From Candidatus Uhrbacteria bacterium (GTDB lineage: Bacteria > Patescibacteriota > Patescibacteriia > UBA9934 > GWF2-40-263), in the NCBI GenBank assembly GCA_016206085.1, contig JACQSF010000034.1, positions 26 to 64,025 on the forward strand: a DNA stretch of 64,000 bases. The letters run 5' to 3'. The notes below the pieces were generated by a model. It had not been told where the DNA came from, searched no databases, and saw nothing but the letters and a program-made list of their open reading frames with translations. This document shows positions 23,268-32,529 of the stretch, one piece after another (within the stretch, counting starts at the first letter, position 1; each line of letters begins with the position of its first letter). The translations under genes and the position numbers were made by a program.

Positions 23268-23337
23268 AGGTGTGGAAAACTTATGTTTTAACGAATTTTA
23301 TGTTAGCACGGGGTCAAATATTTGAAAACACCTGGAT

Positions 23338-23901
23338 TTAGCGCATGTTCATAACTGCGTCAAGGGCTTGGGATAGAATAACGCAGCTTTCCTCGTTATC
23401 AACGGGCCCAGAAAAGTGCTTCATTTTCTCAAGGATTGTCGTTTCGGCACCTAATTCATCTGCCAAAATAGTCGCGTACTTGAGATCCACAAACGGATCG
23501 TCATTAGAATGAATCGAGATAAGGCGTGGAAGGTGCGAACGAATCTCTTTGAAGTCGAGAGGGGTTTCAAAAAAATTATGAATCTCCTCGAACCCAAGGT
23601 CAGTCGTAAATCCAGCAATAAATACCGCTCCGCCGATTGTCTCGGTCTCTCCAAGTGTTTCGAGATAGCGCATGATCGTCGCACATCCGATTGAATGCCC
23701 AACTAAAATGGTGTCCTTATCAGGCTTTCCAACAACATCGGCCAACACCGGAACCCAAAGATCCATCTTCGGCATGGAAGTCTCCGGCATCGCCGGCACG
23801 ATCACCTCAAATCCTCTGGCTTCCAGCTCCCGCTTCAACCATGGGTACCAACAGTACTCCGGATTTCCGTCCCAACAGTGGACAATAATCACTCGTTTCA
23901 T
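23338..23901 (-). CDS. alpha/beta hydrolase, RBBP9/YdeN-like serine hydrolase
   Basis: Start MKRVIIVHCW (ATGA overlap with the upstream stop). Nucleophile elbow GHSIGC. Confidence 0.7.
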   Translation of the reverse strand: MKRVIIVHCWDGNPEYCWYPWLKRELEARGFEVIVPAMPETSMPKMDLWVPVLADVVGKPDKDTILVGHSIGCATIMRYLETLGETETIGGAVFIAGFTTDLGFEEIHNFFETPLDFKEIRSHLPRLISIHSNDDPFVDLKYATILADELGAETTILEKMKHFSGPVDNEESCVILSQALDAVMNMR

Positions 23902-24278
23902 ATCTGGGAACCTTTCGCAGATGCCCACGCTCGCGCCTGTACCAAATCATCAGCGATAATGGCGGCCATTTCCTTTTCTCCTGGAAACGGAATGACATCC
24001 CGTAATTTTTCATGGAGCATAACCTCGATACGCTTGCCGACTAAATCTTGATTCACTCCGAGCAAGTGGACTTCCATTTTGAGATTATATCCTGTGCGCC
24101 CATCGCTGATGCAGATAAGCGCGTCGTGCCATGCTCCATCGACTTGTGCCTCTCCCACATAGACCCCAAGCGCTGGAATGAGAACCCCTTGTTCAACCGC
24201 AATATTGGCTGTCGGGCATCCTAACCCAGTAGCCATCCCTTCCCCACGTTCGACTCGCCCGCTCAGCGTGAACTTCAT
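23898..24278 (-). CDS. Riboflavin kinase (stand-alone RibF C-terminal-type domain)
   Basis: GRVERGEGMATGLGCPTANI...GVYVG...HLLG, riboflavin-kinase blocks. Confidence 0.8.
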   Translation of the reverse strand: MKFTLSGRVERGEGMATGLGCPTANIAVEQGVLIPALGVYVGEAQVDGAWHDALICISDGRTGYNLKMEVHLLGVNQDLVGKRIEVMLHEKLRDVIPFPGEKEMAAIIADDLVQARAWASAKGSQI

Positions 24279-24288
24279 ATCATTTTTC

Positions 24289-24789
24289 TTACCCCTTCTT
24301 GAGCATTTTTACAAGCTCAACCGCCTTCTTCACGATGGGAACCATATCAGGATAGCTTGAAATTTTCTCTACCTTTGACAGTGGTACCCACTTGGCTTCA
24401 TAGACATGCTCTCCGGGATCTGGACGAAGCTCGCTGCGTTCACCGGCCTCAAAAAGATAGTAGTGAATATCTTTATGGATAAGCTGACCTTTCTTGTGAA
24501 ATTTATCTCGGAACCAGATGTCGATCTTCCCTAAATAGTCCAAAAGACGAATTTCTTGGAGTCCAAGCTCCTCCAGTGTCTCCCGCGCAGCCGCTTCTTC
24601 AACATCTTCTCCCTCTTCAACGTGACCTTTTGGAAAAGTCCACTTCCCATACGAATCCTTCATCATCGCAAATGAAAGCGTCCCGCCTGATCGACGAAAC
24701 ACCATCCCTCCTGCGGAAAGCTCACGAGAAACGGGTTCCCTCTTCAATGGTTTACTTAATTTGCTCTGTTTGCCTTTCTTCAAATTCAT
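24289..24789 (-). CDS. Nudix hydrolase
   Basis: Start MNLKKGKQ with GGAGGA upstream. Nudix box PKGHVEEGEDVEEAAARETLEELGL. Confidence 0.8.
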   Translation of the reverse strand: MNLKKGKQSKLSKPLKREPVSRELSAGGMVFRRSGGTLSFAMMKDSYGKWTFPKGHVEEGEDVEEAAARETLEELGLQEIRLLDYLGKIDIWFRDKFHKKGQLIHKDIHYYLFEAGERSELRPDPGEHVYEAKWVPLSKVEKISSYPDMVPIVKKAVELVKMLKKG

Positions 24790-26038
24790 AGGTTCCTCCG
24801 AGAATTTCTCGTGCGGCAATATCTTGAGGATCGATACCTGCCTGATATTCTTCAACGGTGTACTCCACAACGACATCCGGAGCAATTCCCTCTTCGTTAA
24901 TAGATCGACCATTTGGGGTGTACCAAGCGGCCGTGGTGATCTTCACCGCCGAACCATCTGGCAGCTCACGATAATCCTGCACAGAGCCCTTCCCAAATGT
25001 CTGAGTTCCTACAATGGTGGCATAGCCATAATCCTGTAGAGCACCCGAAACAATCTCCGAAGCAGAGGCACTTCCCCCATTGACCAATACAACTGTTGGA
25101 ATCCCTTGAAGTCTTGGTGCAGAGACACCTGAAAACGAATGGACATCAGCTTGCGAACGCTCGATCACCACATCGTCATACCCCACCCACGCGGAAGCAA
25201 TATCAATAGCCGTTGTAAGAAGTCCGCCTGGATTTCCACGCAAATCAAGAATAATTCCTGTCACACCAGAGGAAAGAGCTTCCTGGATCGCTTGGGAGAA
25301 AAGCTCAGATGTATCGTGATTAAAGGTCGAAATGGAAATGGTCATGACACGTTGGTCGTCCACACTCCATTTCACAGAATCGATAACAATCTTGTCGCGC
25401 GTGATGGGGTATTCCGTAATTCCATCGACTCCCTCGCGCGCAATTGTAAGCACAACTTGTGTTCCCTTTTCACCGCGAATCAGAGACACGGCTTTTTCGA
25501 CACTCATCCCCGTGGTCTCGACCCCATCGATCAGCACAATCCAATCTCCTGGTAGGAGTCCAGCTTGGTCGGCAGGCAACCCATCAAGCGGTGAGACAAT
25601 CTGTAAACGATCGTCTTTGATACCAATCTCCGCACCGATCCCTTCAAAGGAACCTTCAAGACTCGCATTAAATTCCTCTGCCTCTTGCGGATCAAAATAC
25701 ACTGAGTAGGGATCATTCAAACCCGAAAGAAGCCCCTTAAGGGAACCATAGTAGAGATCAACATCTGAGACTGGTTGACGGTAGAACTCTTCTTTGACAA
25801 GGTTCCAGATGTCCCAAAATTGCTGGAAGTCGACATCCTGGGTAAGATAGTTGGGAATTTCGCCATCACCAATGAGCTCCCCTTCTCCTTCTGGAACAAC
25901 GGAAGCCACACCTCGCGCTCGACCAACATAAAACCCGAAACTGAAGGCCACAATCACAAGGAGGATAACACACAGGAAGAAAAGCGAACGGGGAGCTGGA
26001 CGCGAAAGTTTCACCATAGATGTGTACAGGATATACAA
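24752..26038 (-). CDS. ctpA: S41 C-terminal processing peptidase with PDZ domain
   Basis: N-terminal TM, PDZ (GDWIVLIDG), LDLRGNPGGLL, VLVNGGSASASEI. Confidence 0.85.
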   Translation of the reverse strand: MYILYTSMVKLSRPAPRSLFFLCVILLVIVAFSFGFYVGRARGVASVVPEGEGELIGDGEIPNYLTQDVDFQQFWDIWNLVKEEFYRQPVSDVDLYYGSLKGLLSGLNDPYSVYFDPQEAEEFNASLEGSFEGIGAEIGIKDDRLQIVSPLDGLPADQAGLLPGDWIVLIDGVETTGMSVEKAVSLIRGEKGTQVVLTIAREGVDGITEYPITRDKIVIDSVKWSVDDQRVMTISISTFNHDTSELFSQAIQEALSSGVTGIILDLRGNPGGLLTTAIDIASAWVGYDDVVIERSQADVHSFSGVSAPRLQGIPTVVLVNGGSASASEIVSGALQDYGYATIVGTQTFGKGSVQDYRELPDGSAVKITTAAWYTPNGRSINEEGIAPDVVVEYTVEEYQAGIDPQDIAAREILGGTYEFEERQTEQIK

Positions 26039-27390
26039 TGAACCTGGTTATGTCCAAATCGTTACGTCTCTTCCTCTTTCTGCTGTTCTTCTTTGCGTTT
26101 TTAATTTCTGCCCCCATCGTTGTTCTGTACACGGCAGGATATCGTGTTGACCTCACACACGGTCGCATTGTGCACACGGCCGTCCTCAACATCTCCAGTA
26201 ACCCGCGAAACGCCTCGGTACGTTTAGACGATGAAACAGTTGCTCAGGAACGAACTCCCGCGGTCATGGATACCATCCTCCCGGGAGAACACACCATCAT
26301 CCTTGAAAAACAAAACTATCTTCCCTGGGAGACCACCCTCTCGTTTGAAAGTCGTGAGGCACGGGTGCTCGGACCTATCGTGTTGTTCTTGGATGAACAA
26401 CCAACTCTCCAACAATCCCTCCAAGCCACGCTCACCTCTGTCCATGCGGAATCCAACCGTTTTGTCTACGCCACCCAAGAAAGTTCCTGGGTAGAAGTCT
26501 GGATCGTCGACGCGACGACATCTCACACAAGACTTCTCATGCGCCTTCCTTATACAGCAACAAGTACCTATGCGTTCAGTTGGTCGGCAAACGCCGAGTA
26601 TCTTGCCCTTATTGAAACGCATGGATCTCGTCAAGACATTTCTGTGACACGGGTGCGTGATGGCATGGCGGTCGATCTCCCGAAGGAAACACAAAATGTG
26701 GAAGCCTCGTGGTGGGACTTGGAAGTTGCCTCACGTCTGTATGTACGCACCGGAACACAAATCACACAGATCGCGATGGAGAGACTTGACACCGTGCGTT
26801 TTCCGTACGCGGCTTGGCTTGTCACAACGCGAGAAGAGAACATCGTAACTCTTTCAGAAAGTGGTAAACGAAGTGTTGTCTCCTTCCAGGAGGGAGAAAC
26901 GGCCTCGATTCTTACGTATCTCCCACTTGGGACATACCATTTCGTAGAGGCTCCAGGGAACCTCATTGCCCTTGAAGATACTCGTCATCATCGACTCGTA
27001 CTTCTGGATCCCGAGAACCGAGAACAACCAATCCTTCTAAACGAAGAAGCGACACTCTGGCGCTGGCATCCCTCTGAAAATATCCTCCTCTATTCAAGTG
27101 GGTACGACCTTAAGCGGTACATACGGTCTGCACATGAAACGCAGACGATCACTCGATTATCAACTCCTATCGATGCGCTTGATTGGTACCCAGAAGGGAA
27201 TTGTGTGCTGTATCGATCAGGCGGTGAACTCGTCGCTTTGAATCTTGACGACGTGACCATCTTGTCCCAAACAGTCCTTACAACGAACTTGCCTGGAACA
27301 TTCTGGTTGAATCCGAATGGGACTTCCCTTTCGTCCCTCATCCAAACACAAACAGGGTGGGAGTGGTGGACAAGAGCCTTACAAAACTAA
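26038..27390 (+). CDS. Membrane-anchored PEGA-domain protein with beta-propeller-like C-terminal region
   Basis: ATG 26038 (MNLVMSKSL), TM helix, PEGA-like NPRNASVRLDDE...GEHTIILEKQNYLPWETTL. Confidence 0.6.
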   Translation: MNLVMSKSLRLFLFLLFFFAFLISAPIVVLYTAGYRVDLTHGRIVHTAVLNISSNPRNASVRLDDETVAQERTPAVMDTILPGEHTIILEKQNYLPWETTLSFESREARVLGPIVLFLDEQPTLQQSLQATLTSVHAESNRFVYATQESSWVEVWIVDATTSHTRLLMRLPYTATSTYAFSWSANAEYLALIETHGSRQDISVTRVRDGMAVDLPKETQNVEASWWDLEVASRLYVRTGTQITQIAMERLDTVRFPYAAWLVTTREENIVTLSESGKRSVVSFQEGETASILTYLPLGTYHFVEAPGNLIALEDTRHHRLVLLDPENREQPILLNEEATLWRWHPSENILLYSSGYDLKRYIRSAHETQTITRLSTPIDALDWYPEGNCVLYRSGGELVALNLDDVTILSQTVLTTNLPGTFWLNPNGTSLSSLIQTQTGWEWWTRALQN

Positions 27391-27409
27391 ACAACCCGTG
27401 CGGGGTTGT
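27391..27409. terminator. Bidirectional hairpin between convergent genes
   Basis: ACAACCC-gtgc-GGGGTTGT. Confidence 0.5.
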
Positions 27410-27414
27410 GGAGA

Positions 27415-28497
27415 TTAGAGTTCGACGAAACTGTTGTCTCCGATCACAAGTCGATGTCCCGTCTTTGGATGCGAACGACGGCAATCAACCAGCTGCGCGT
27501 TTACTCCAATGAGACTGTTGACGATACGTCGTGTCGTATCGATCACCGCCCCGTTTAACACTATCGAGTGCTCTACTTCTGTATCTTTAATCTTGACCTC
27601 ATCGCCAATCGACGTGTAGGGACCAATGTAACTGGATTCAATCTGACAGTTCTTTCCTATTGTCACCGGACCGCGAATCATACAATCTGCGTTAATCGTC
27701 GTTCCTTCTGCGATTGAGACAGGTCCTTGAATTTGAGCTTCTTCGTGTGGGGTACATTGGATGCAGTACGTTTCCCGTGGCATATCGTCCATGATAAGCG
27801 CATTGCCCTCAATAAGGGCGTCAGGCGTTCCCGTATCCTTCCACCATCCGGTAATTTCCTGCGAACCAACCTTCCGATATTCGATGTACCAGTTGATCAC
27901 GTCCATGATCTCATATTCTCCGCGGGCCGAGGGTTTGGCTGTCTTGAAGGCTTCAAAATATTCCGGACTGAAAAAGTAAATCCCCGTCACGGCAAACGGA
28001 GAGGGTGGATTCGCTGGCTTCTCAAACATGCGCACGACCCGACCATCACCATCAAGTTCCGGCACACCGAAACGCTGCGGATCTTTCACTCGTGCTAACG
28101 CGATCAAACAATCAAGGTGTTCACGCTCAAATTTCTCTCGCATGTGACGGATGCCGCCCAACAAAATATTGTCTCCAAGGAAAAAAATAAAAGAATCTCC
28201 CTTGAGGTATTCCTCAGCGTTTGCGACGGCGTGGGCGATTCCTCTTGCCCCGCCCTTTTGTTCGATATACACAATGCGTACCCCTTTGTCCGATCCATCT
28301 CCCAATGCCCCGCGCATGGAATCCCCCTCACCCGGATTCACATTCACAAAAATTTCCGTGATCCCTGCGTCGATCACTTTATCGATCACATGCGCAAGCA
28401 TGGGTCGGTTGGCAAGTGGAATAAGGTGTTTGTTGCGCGTCCAGGTGATGGGGCGCAGGCGGGTGGCATGACCACCGGCCGCAATAAGAGCCTTCAT
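27415..28497 (-). CDS. Sugar-1-phosphate nucleotidylyltransferase (long RmlA-like, with left-handed beta-helix C-terminus)
   Basis: MKALIAAGGHATRLRPITWTRNKHLIPLANRPM (GGxGTRLxPxT-type motif). Hexapeptide-repeat C-terminal part. Confidence 0.8.
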   Translation of the reverse strand: MKALIAAGGHATRLRPITWTRNKHLIPLANRPMLAHVIDKVIDAGITEIFVNVNPGEGDSMRGALGDGSDKGVRIVYIEQKGGARGIAHAVANAEEYLKGDSFIFFLGDNILLGGIRHMREKFEREHLDCLIALARVKDPQRFGVPELDGDGRVVRMFEKPANPPSPFAVTGIYFFSPEYFEAFKTAKPSARGEYEIMDVINWYIEYRKVGSQEITGWWKDTGTPDALIEGNALIMDDMPRETYCIQCTPHEEAQIQGPVSIAEGTTINADCMIRGPVTIGKNCQIESSYIGPYTSIGDEVKIKDTEVEHSIVLNGAVIDTTRRIVNSLIGVNAQLVDCRRSHPKTGHRLVIGDNSFVEL

Positions 28498-28534
28498 AGT
28501 GGCTCGAGTTTACGCTTATTCCCTTGGAAAAGTC

Positions 28535-28691
28535 AAAACCGAGCATGGCCTGTTCCTAAATGAGCGATCTCGACTTTCACGGGCACCCAGGCATCGCTTC
28601 AACGTCCGTTTCAGGACGTTTTCAGCGATCGCCAGCCCGTTCAAGCCGATCTCATCTCATTTAGGAACAGTCCTAGCACATGCTCGGTTTT
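28535..28691. repeat. Long nested hairpin element B (157 nt); same family as D, opposite orientation
   Basis: Arms AAAACCGAGCATG+TGTTCCTAAATGAG (28535-28564) against CTCATTTAGGAACA+CATGCTCGGTTTT (28656-28691). Inner hairpin AACGTCC-gtttca-GGACGTT. Confidence 0.7.
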
Positions 28692-28695
28692 ATCG

Positions 28696-29571
28696 TTAAC
28701 AGCTACACGAACAGTCGGTTCCGCATCCTCCCCCACGTTTCATCCAGGCGTACTTTTCCATGGTGTCTCGCAGGGCTTCCTCAATCGGTCGCATGGTGAT
28801 GCCTCTCTTTGCAAGATTCTCTGACGCGAGAAAATTATTCGATCGTCCCTTGCGAACGAGTCCTTGACTTACAAGTTCGTCGTTTGAGATCCACTCGCAA
28901 GAGTGTGCAGGGTCGACAAGTTCTTTGTAGAGCGCGAGTAAGTCGCGGTGACGCAAGGTTCCAGGATTGGTTACATGAAAAATTCCTGACGCCCGCTTGA
29001 CAAGTAACTGATAGAATACGTCGATCATGTCGTCAAGAATGGTGACAGAGTTTTCGGCGTCGATCACTTTTGCGAATCCGGAGAGTTTATCGATAAGGTT
29101 CCCCGGAGCCGGCATCCAATCAATCGGCATGCGAATACGAGCGACGCCGACGTTTGGGAGTGTTGAGAGGGCAAGGTCAGCCGCCCACTTGCTGCGTGAG
29201 TACACGGGCTTAGGATTTCCAAAGTCGTCTTCGCGCCATGCCTTATCTGGATGAGGCGAGTCGCCGTAAAAAATGCAGCCCGACCCCATGTGCAGCATGT
29301 ACACCCCCGCCTGGCTACAGGCATCCGCAAGCAAGAGCGGCATGGTCGTGTTCCCACGAATCGTCTCGAGTTGATGATCCTCACACCAATCGACGTTTGG
29401 TTTCCCTTTCACACCCGCGGCGTTGAAAACCACGTCGGGTTGGACACGGCGTATTTCGTCCAGCGCATCTTCCACTGTTTGTACGATCACATCGGAAAGT
29501 GTTGCTTCCTCTCCCCACGCCTGCGCGCATCGTTCTCCCATGTATCCCTTACCAAAAATGAGAATTTTCAT
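28696..29571 (-). CDS. Bifunctional NDP-4-keto-6-deoxyglucose 3,5-epimerase/4-reductase of the plant NRS/ER (UER1) type; RmlD superfamily
   Basis: Blocks VFNAAGVKGKPNVDWCEDHQLETIRGN, GCIFYGD, RIRMPID, NSVTILDD, HVTNPG and RSNNFL match my recollection of Arabidopsis NRS/ER. Unusual tail GGGCGTDCSCSC. Confidence 0.7.
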   Translation of the reverse strand: MKILIFGKGYMGERCAQAWGEEATLSDVIVQTVEDALDEIRRVQPDVVFNAAGVKGKPNVDWCEDHQLETIRGNTTMPLLLADACSQAGVYMLHMGSGCIFYGDSPHPDKAWREDDFGNPKPVYSRSKWAADLALSTLPNVGVARIRMPIDWMPAPGNLIDKLSGFAKVIDAENSVTILDDMIDVFYQLLVKRASGIFHVTNPGTLRHRDLLALYKELVDPAHSCEWISNDELVSQGLVRKGRSNNFLASENLAKRGITMRPIEEALRDTMEKYAWMKRGGGCGTDCSCSC

Positions 29572-29589
29572 ATGTTGTTCTTACTTATC

Positions 29590-29722
29590 CTCGTCATTGC
29601 GAGGAGGGAGTTTATCGGCGACCGACGACGTAAAGTCGCGTTGCGACCACGTCGCTTTACGCGAAGCAATCTTCGAAGATTGCTTCCCGCCACGGCTTCG
29701 GCTGGTCGCTCGCAATGACGAG
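29590..29722. repeat. Compound palindromic repeat of the GTCATTGCGAG family
   Basis: CTCGTCATTGCGAG (29590-29603) is the rc of CTCGCAATGACGAG (29709-29722). Internal perfect palindrome GAAGCAATCTTC|GAAGATTGCTTC at 29663-29686. Confidence 0.75.
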
Positions 29723-29733
29723 TAGTATCAATA

Positions 29734-30735
29734 TTAACGTTTTCCGTATTGTTGTTCGTAATATTCCTTATAAGCGCCTGTTCGACATCGGTCGACCCAC
29801 TCGAGATGCTGTTTGTACCATTCCACCGTCTGCGCGAGGCCTTCCTCAAAACTTACTTGCGGTTCCCATCCAAGCTCCGTGCGTAGCTTGTTTGAGTTGA
29901 TGGCGTAACGTCGATCGTGACCTGGTCGATCTGCCACGTACTCGATCGCGTCCTGTCCCCGCCCGGTCAGTTCGAGCAACTTCTTTGTCACATCCAGGTT
30001 GGACACACGATAACCAGTTCCGATATTGTAAACCTCGCCCGGATTCCCTTTGTGAGCAATGAGGTCAATCGCCCGACAATGATCTTGCGTGAAGATCCAC
30101 TCACGTACCTGCATCCCATCGCCATAAACCGGAACCGTCTTGCCTTCAAGCAGGTTCATCGTAAATAGCGGGATAAGCTTCTCCGGAAACTGATAGGGCC
30201 CGTAAAAGTTGCATGAGTGTGTCACGGTGACAGGCACCCCATAGGTGATCGCATACGCCTGGCACAAGTGATCCCCTGCGGCCTTGGACGCTGAGTAAGG
30301 CGAGCGCGGTTCGAACTTCGATCCCTCATCGCTCTCCCCTTCCATAACGGCTCCGAATACTTCATCTGTTGAAATTTGCACGTAACGAGGTGTTTTGTAC
30401 TTACGCACCGCCTCCAAAATGTTGTACACGCCGTAGATGTTGGTATCGATGAACGCCTTTGGTTCAAGAATTGATCGATCCACGTGCGTTTCTGCGGCGT
30501 AGTTAAGGACGAGATCCACCCCAGCAACAGCCTTGTCGACGGCCTCAGAATCTGCGATGTTGCCTTTCATGAATGTGTACCCAGGATTAACGGCCACATC
30601 TGCAAGACTCTCTAAGTTTCCTGCATAAGTGAGATTATCAAAATTTACGATCTCCACATCAGGATACGTGCGCAGAAGATAGTGAATCATGTTGGAGCCC
30701 ATGAACCCGGCTCCACCTGTAAGAAGAATTTTCAT
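29734..30735 (-). CDS. rfbB: dTDP-glucose 4,6-dehydratase
   Basis: MKILLTGGAGFMGSN...YSASKAAGD...DGMQVREWIF, typical RmlB. Confidence 0.9.
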   Translation of the reverse strand: MKILLTGGAGFMGSNMIHYLLRTYPDVEIVNFDNLTYAGNLESLADVAVNPGYTFMKGNIADSEAVDKAVAGVDLVLNYAAETHVDRSILEPKAFIDTNIYGVYNILEAVRKYKTPRYVQISTDEVFGAVMEGESDEGSKFEPRSPYSASKAAGDHLCQAYAITYGVPVTVTHSCNFYGPYQFPEKLIPLFTMNLLEGKTVPVYGDGMQVREWIFTQDHCRAIDLIAHKGNPGEVYNIGTGYRVSNLDVTKKLLELTGRGQDAIEYVADRPGHDRRYAINSNKLRTELGWEPQVSFEEGLAQTVEWYKQHLEWVDRCRTGAYKEYYEQQYGKR

Positions 30736-30736
30736 A

Positions 30737-31105
30737 TCAACGCGAATCTCTCATAAGCGCATAAAGAATCATCGGGGTAAGCGCCGTAAGTAGGACGAGT
30801 GGAACGCGATAGACACCTAGATCAGCGGCAAGACCCCAGGTTAGCACAGCCAAGACAACCCCGAAAGTGATCGCGAGGAGAATATGGATGAGGGGACGCT
30901 GCTCGTATTCTTCCAGCACCATCGACCACAAAATTCCAAAGACTACGGTTGCCAGGAGGAAGATGTGAACCGAAAAGTACCGAGAGACAAATCCTGGTTG
31001 CACAACATCCGCCAGCCAGAAGACGATATAGGATGTGAGGCTCACGAGGAACCCTGTCCGTGTGATCGCTTCTAGAGGCTTGAACATTTTTTGGTACCAA
31101 ATCAT
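30737..31105 (-). CDS. Small integral membrane protein (4 TM)
   Basis: Hydrophobic throughout. Embedded in the glycan cluster. Confidence 0.6.
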   Translation of the reverse strand: MIWYQKMFKPLEAITRTGFLVSLTSYIVFWLADVVQPGFVSRYFSVHIFLLATVVFGILWSMVLEEYEQRPLIHILLAITFGVVLAVLTWGLAADLGVYRVPLVLLTALTPMILYALMRDSR

Positions 31106-31107
31106 AG

Positions 31108-32529
31108 CTAGTAGTGATTGAACCAGGTGTCAATGCGATGGATCAGCAACTCCGCACCCAACTCTTCGATGAGCGGTGTAGAGAAACTAAATTTCCACGT
31201 CTGATCCTCTTCATACAAGTCCGCCACATCAAATGGGACGGTGGCGACGAGCCAGTCGCCTTCTTGTCGGGGAGACTGATACTGAGCCAGGACATAGTCG
31301 ACGCCGAGTTGTTCAATCGTCGTATAGGCGTTGAGTGAGACCGGATCTGGATTGAAGTACTGGGAGGGAGAGAACGAAAACGTTCCTTCCGTGACAGTCT
31401 CGACATCACCAGTAGGCAGGACGACGCTCTCAAGTCCCTCACTGGTGAGTGTGAGTGTATACCACTCGTAGGGTTGTGCGATGTCGAGCTTCTGCTCTCC
31501 GGCTGTAATCGTCTGGATCCCTTGCGCGTGACGCGTTTGAAAACGCAAGCGTTTTGATTCTGTGTAGAGCGTCGTTCCCTGGCTTGGCTCCCGGTAGCCA
31601 ATCTCATCCCCGATAAAAAGCGTATTGAGGAACACCACTTTCTGTTGCGGTGTCTGGATCGTTCGAAAGAAGACATCACGCGTGGTATTCATCACAACCT
31701 TGTACACCCCCTCGGGAAGACTGTAGGCGGTGAGTTGTAATTCCTTGAGTCCATACCCCACAACGGCATCGTCACTCGCATTGCCGTCATCCCCCGCCCG
31801 CGCCTCGGCGACGGGCTGATTCTGCTCATTAAACACGATCACTTGTACCACATCCTCTCCCTCCTCCCGATTCATATCCATGTAATTGAATACGAACGAG
31901 AGGGTTTCGTTCTTGATATACGTTTTGAACTCATGATGTCCTCGCAAAGAAGCGTCGATCGTTTGTATCGAAGTGGTTGGTTGGTACTCCTCAATCCGAT
32001 ACGGCACATCAAAACTCGTGCGATACACCGCGACCTCATCGCGCGACGGTGGATCCGCAAAAAAATCCGCGAGCGAACCGTATGTCTCTTCACGTTGAAG
32101 GAGCACGAGTCCGCCCTCGTCGATCCGGTTCCAGGTCGACTCATCGATCAGACGATTGTGGAGTGGATAGAGGGTATATGTTTCTGGATTCACGCCCGCG
32201 AGCCCGCCGAGTTCGACGATCGGCAGGGCCTTATTTTGAAACCAAACGTCGAAAACAACTTGATCGAAAAACTCTTCGCGGTGCGGATGTAAGAAAAAAA
32301 ATGCTGGATCCTGCTTGATGGCTTGAACCATTTCGTCCTGTTCATTCTCATAGACGTCCGTAACTCGTGTTTCCGGCTTGAGTTCCTCGATGAACGCAGA
32401 GGATGTACCAACCTCATGCTCAACAACGAAGACCCCGCTGGGTACGAACCACAAATTCACAAGCCAGACCATCACCGTAAGCGGGATGGCAACAAGGAAA
32501 AATTGAATGAACCGAGTGAGAAAAATCAT
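31108..32529 (-). CDS. Hypothetical protein with N-terminal TM anchor
   Basis: ORF with ATGA overlap to the upstream gene. No recognised motif. Confidence 0.6.
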   Translation of the reverse strand: MIFLTRFIQFFLVAIPLTVMVWLVNLWFVPSGVFVVEHEVGTSSAFIEELKPETRVTDVYENEQDEMVQAIKQDPAFFFLHPHREEFFDQVVFDVWFQNKALPIVELGGLAGVNPETYTLYPLHNRLIDESTWNRIDEGGLVLLQREETYGSLADFFADPPSRDEVAVYRTSFDVPYRIEEYQPTTSIQTIDASLRGHHEFKTYIKNETLSFVFNYMDMNREEGEDVVQVIVFNEQNQPVAEARAGDDGNASDDAVVGYGLKELQLTAYSLPEGVYKVVMNTTRDVFFRTIQTPQQKVVFLNTLFIGDEIGYREPSQGTTLYTESKRLRFQTRHAQGIQTITAGEQKLDIAQPYEWYTLTLTSEGLESVVLPTGDVETVTEGTFSFSPSQYFNPDPVSLNAYTTIEQLGVDYVLAQYQSPRQEGDWLVATVPFDVADLYEEDQTWKFSFSTPLIEELGAELLIHRIDTWFNHY

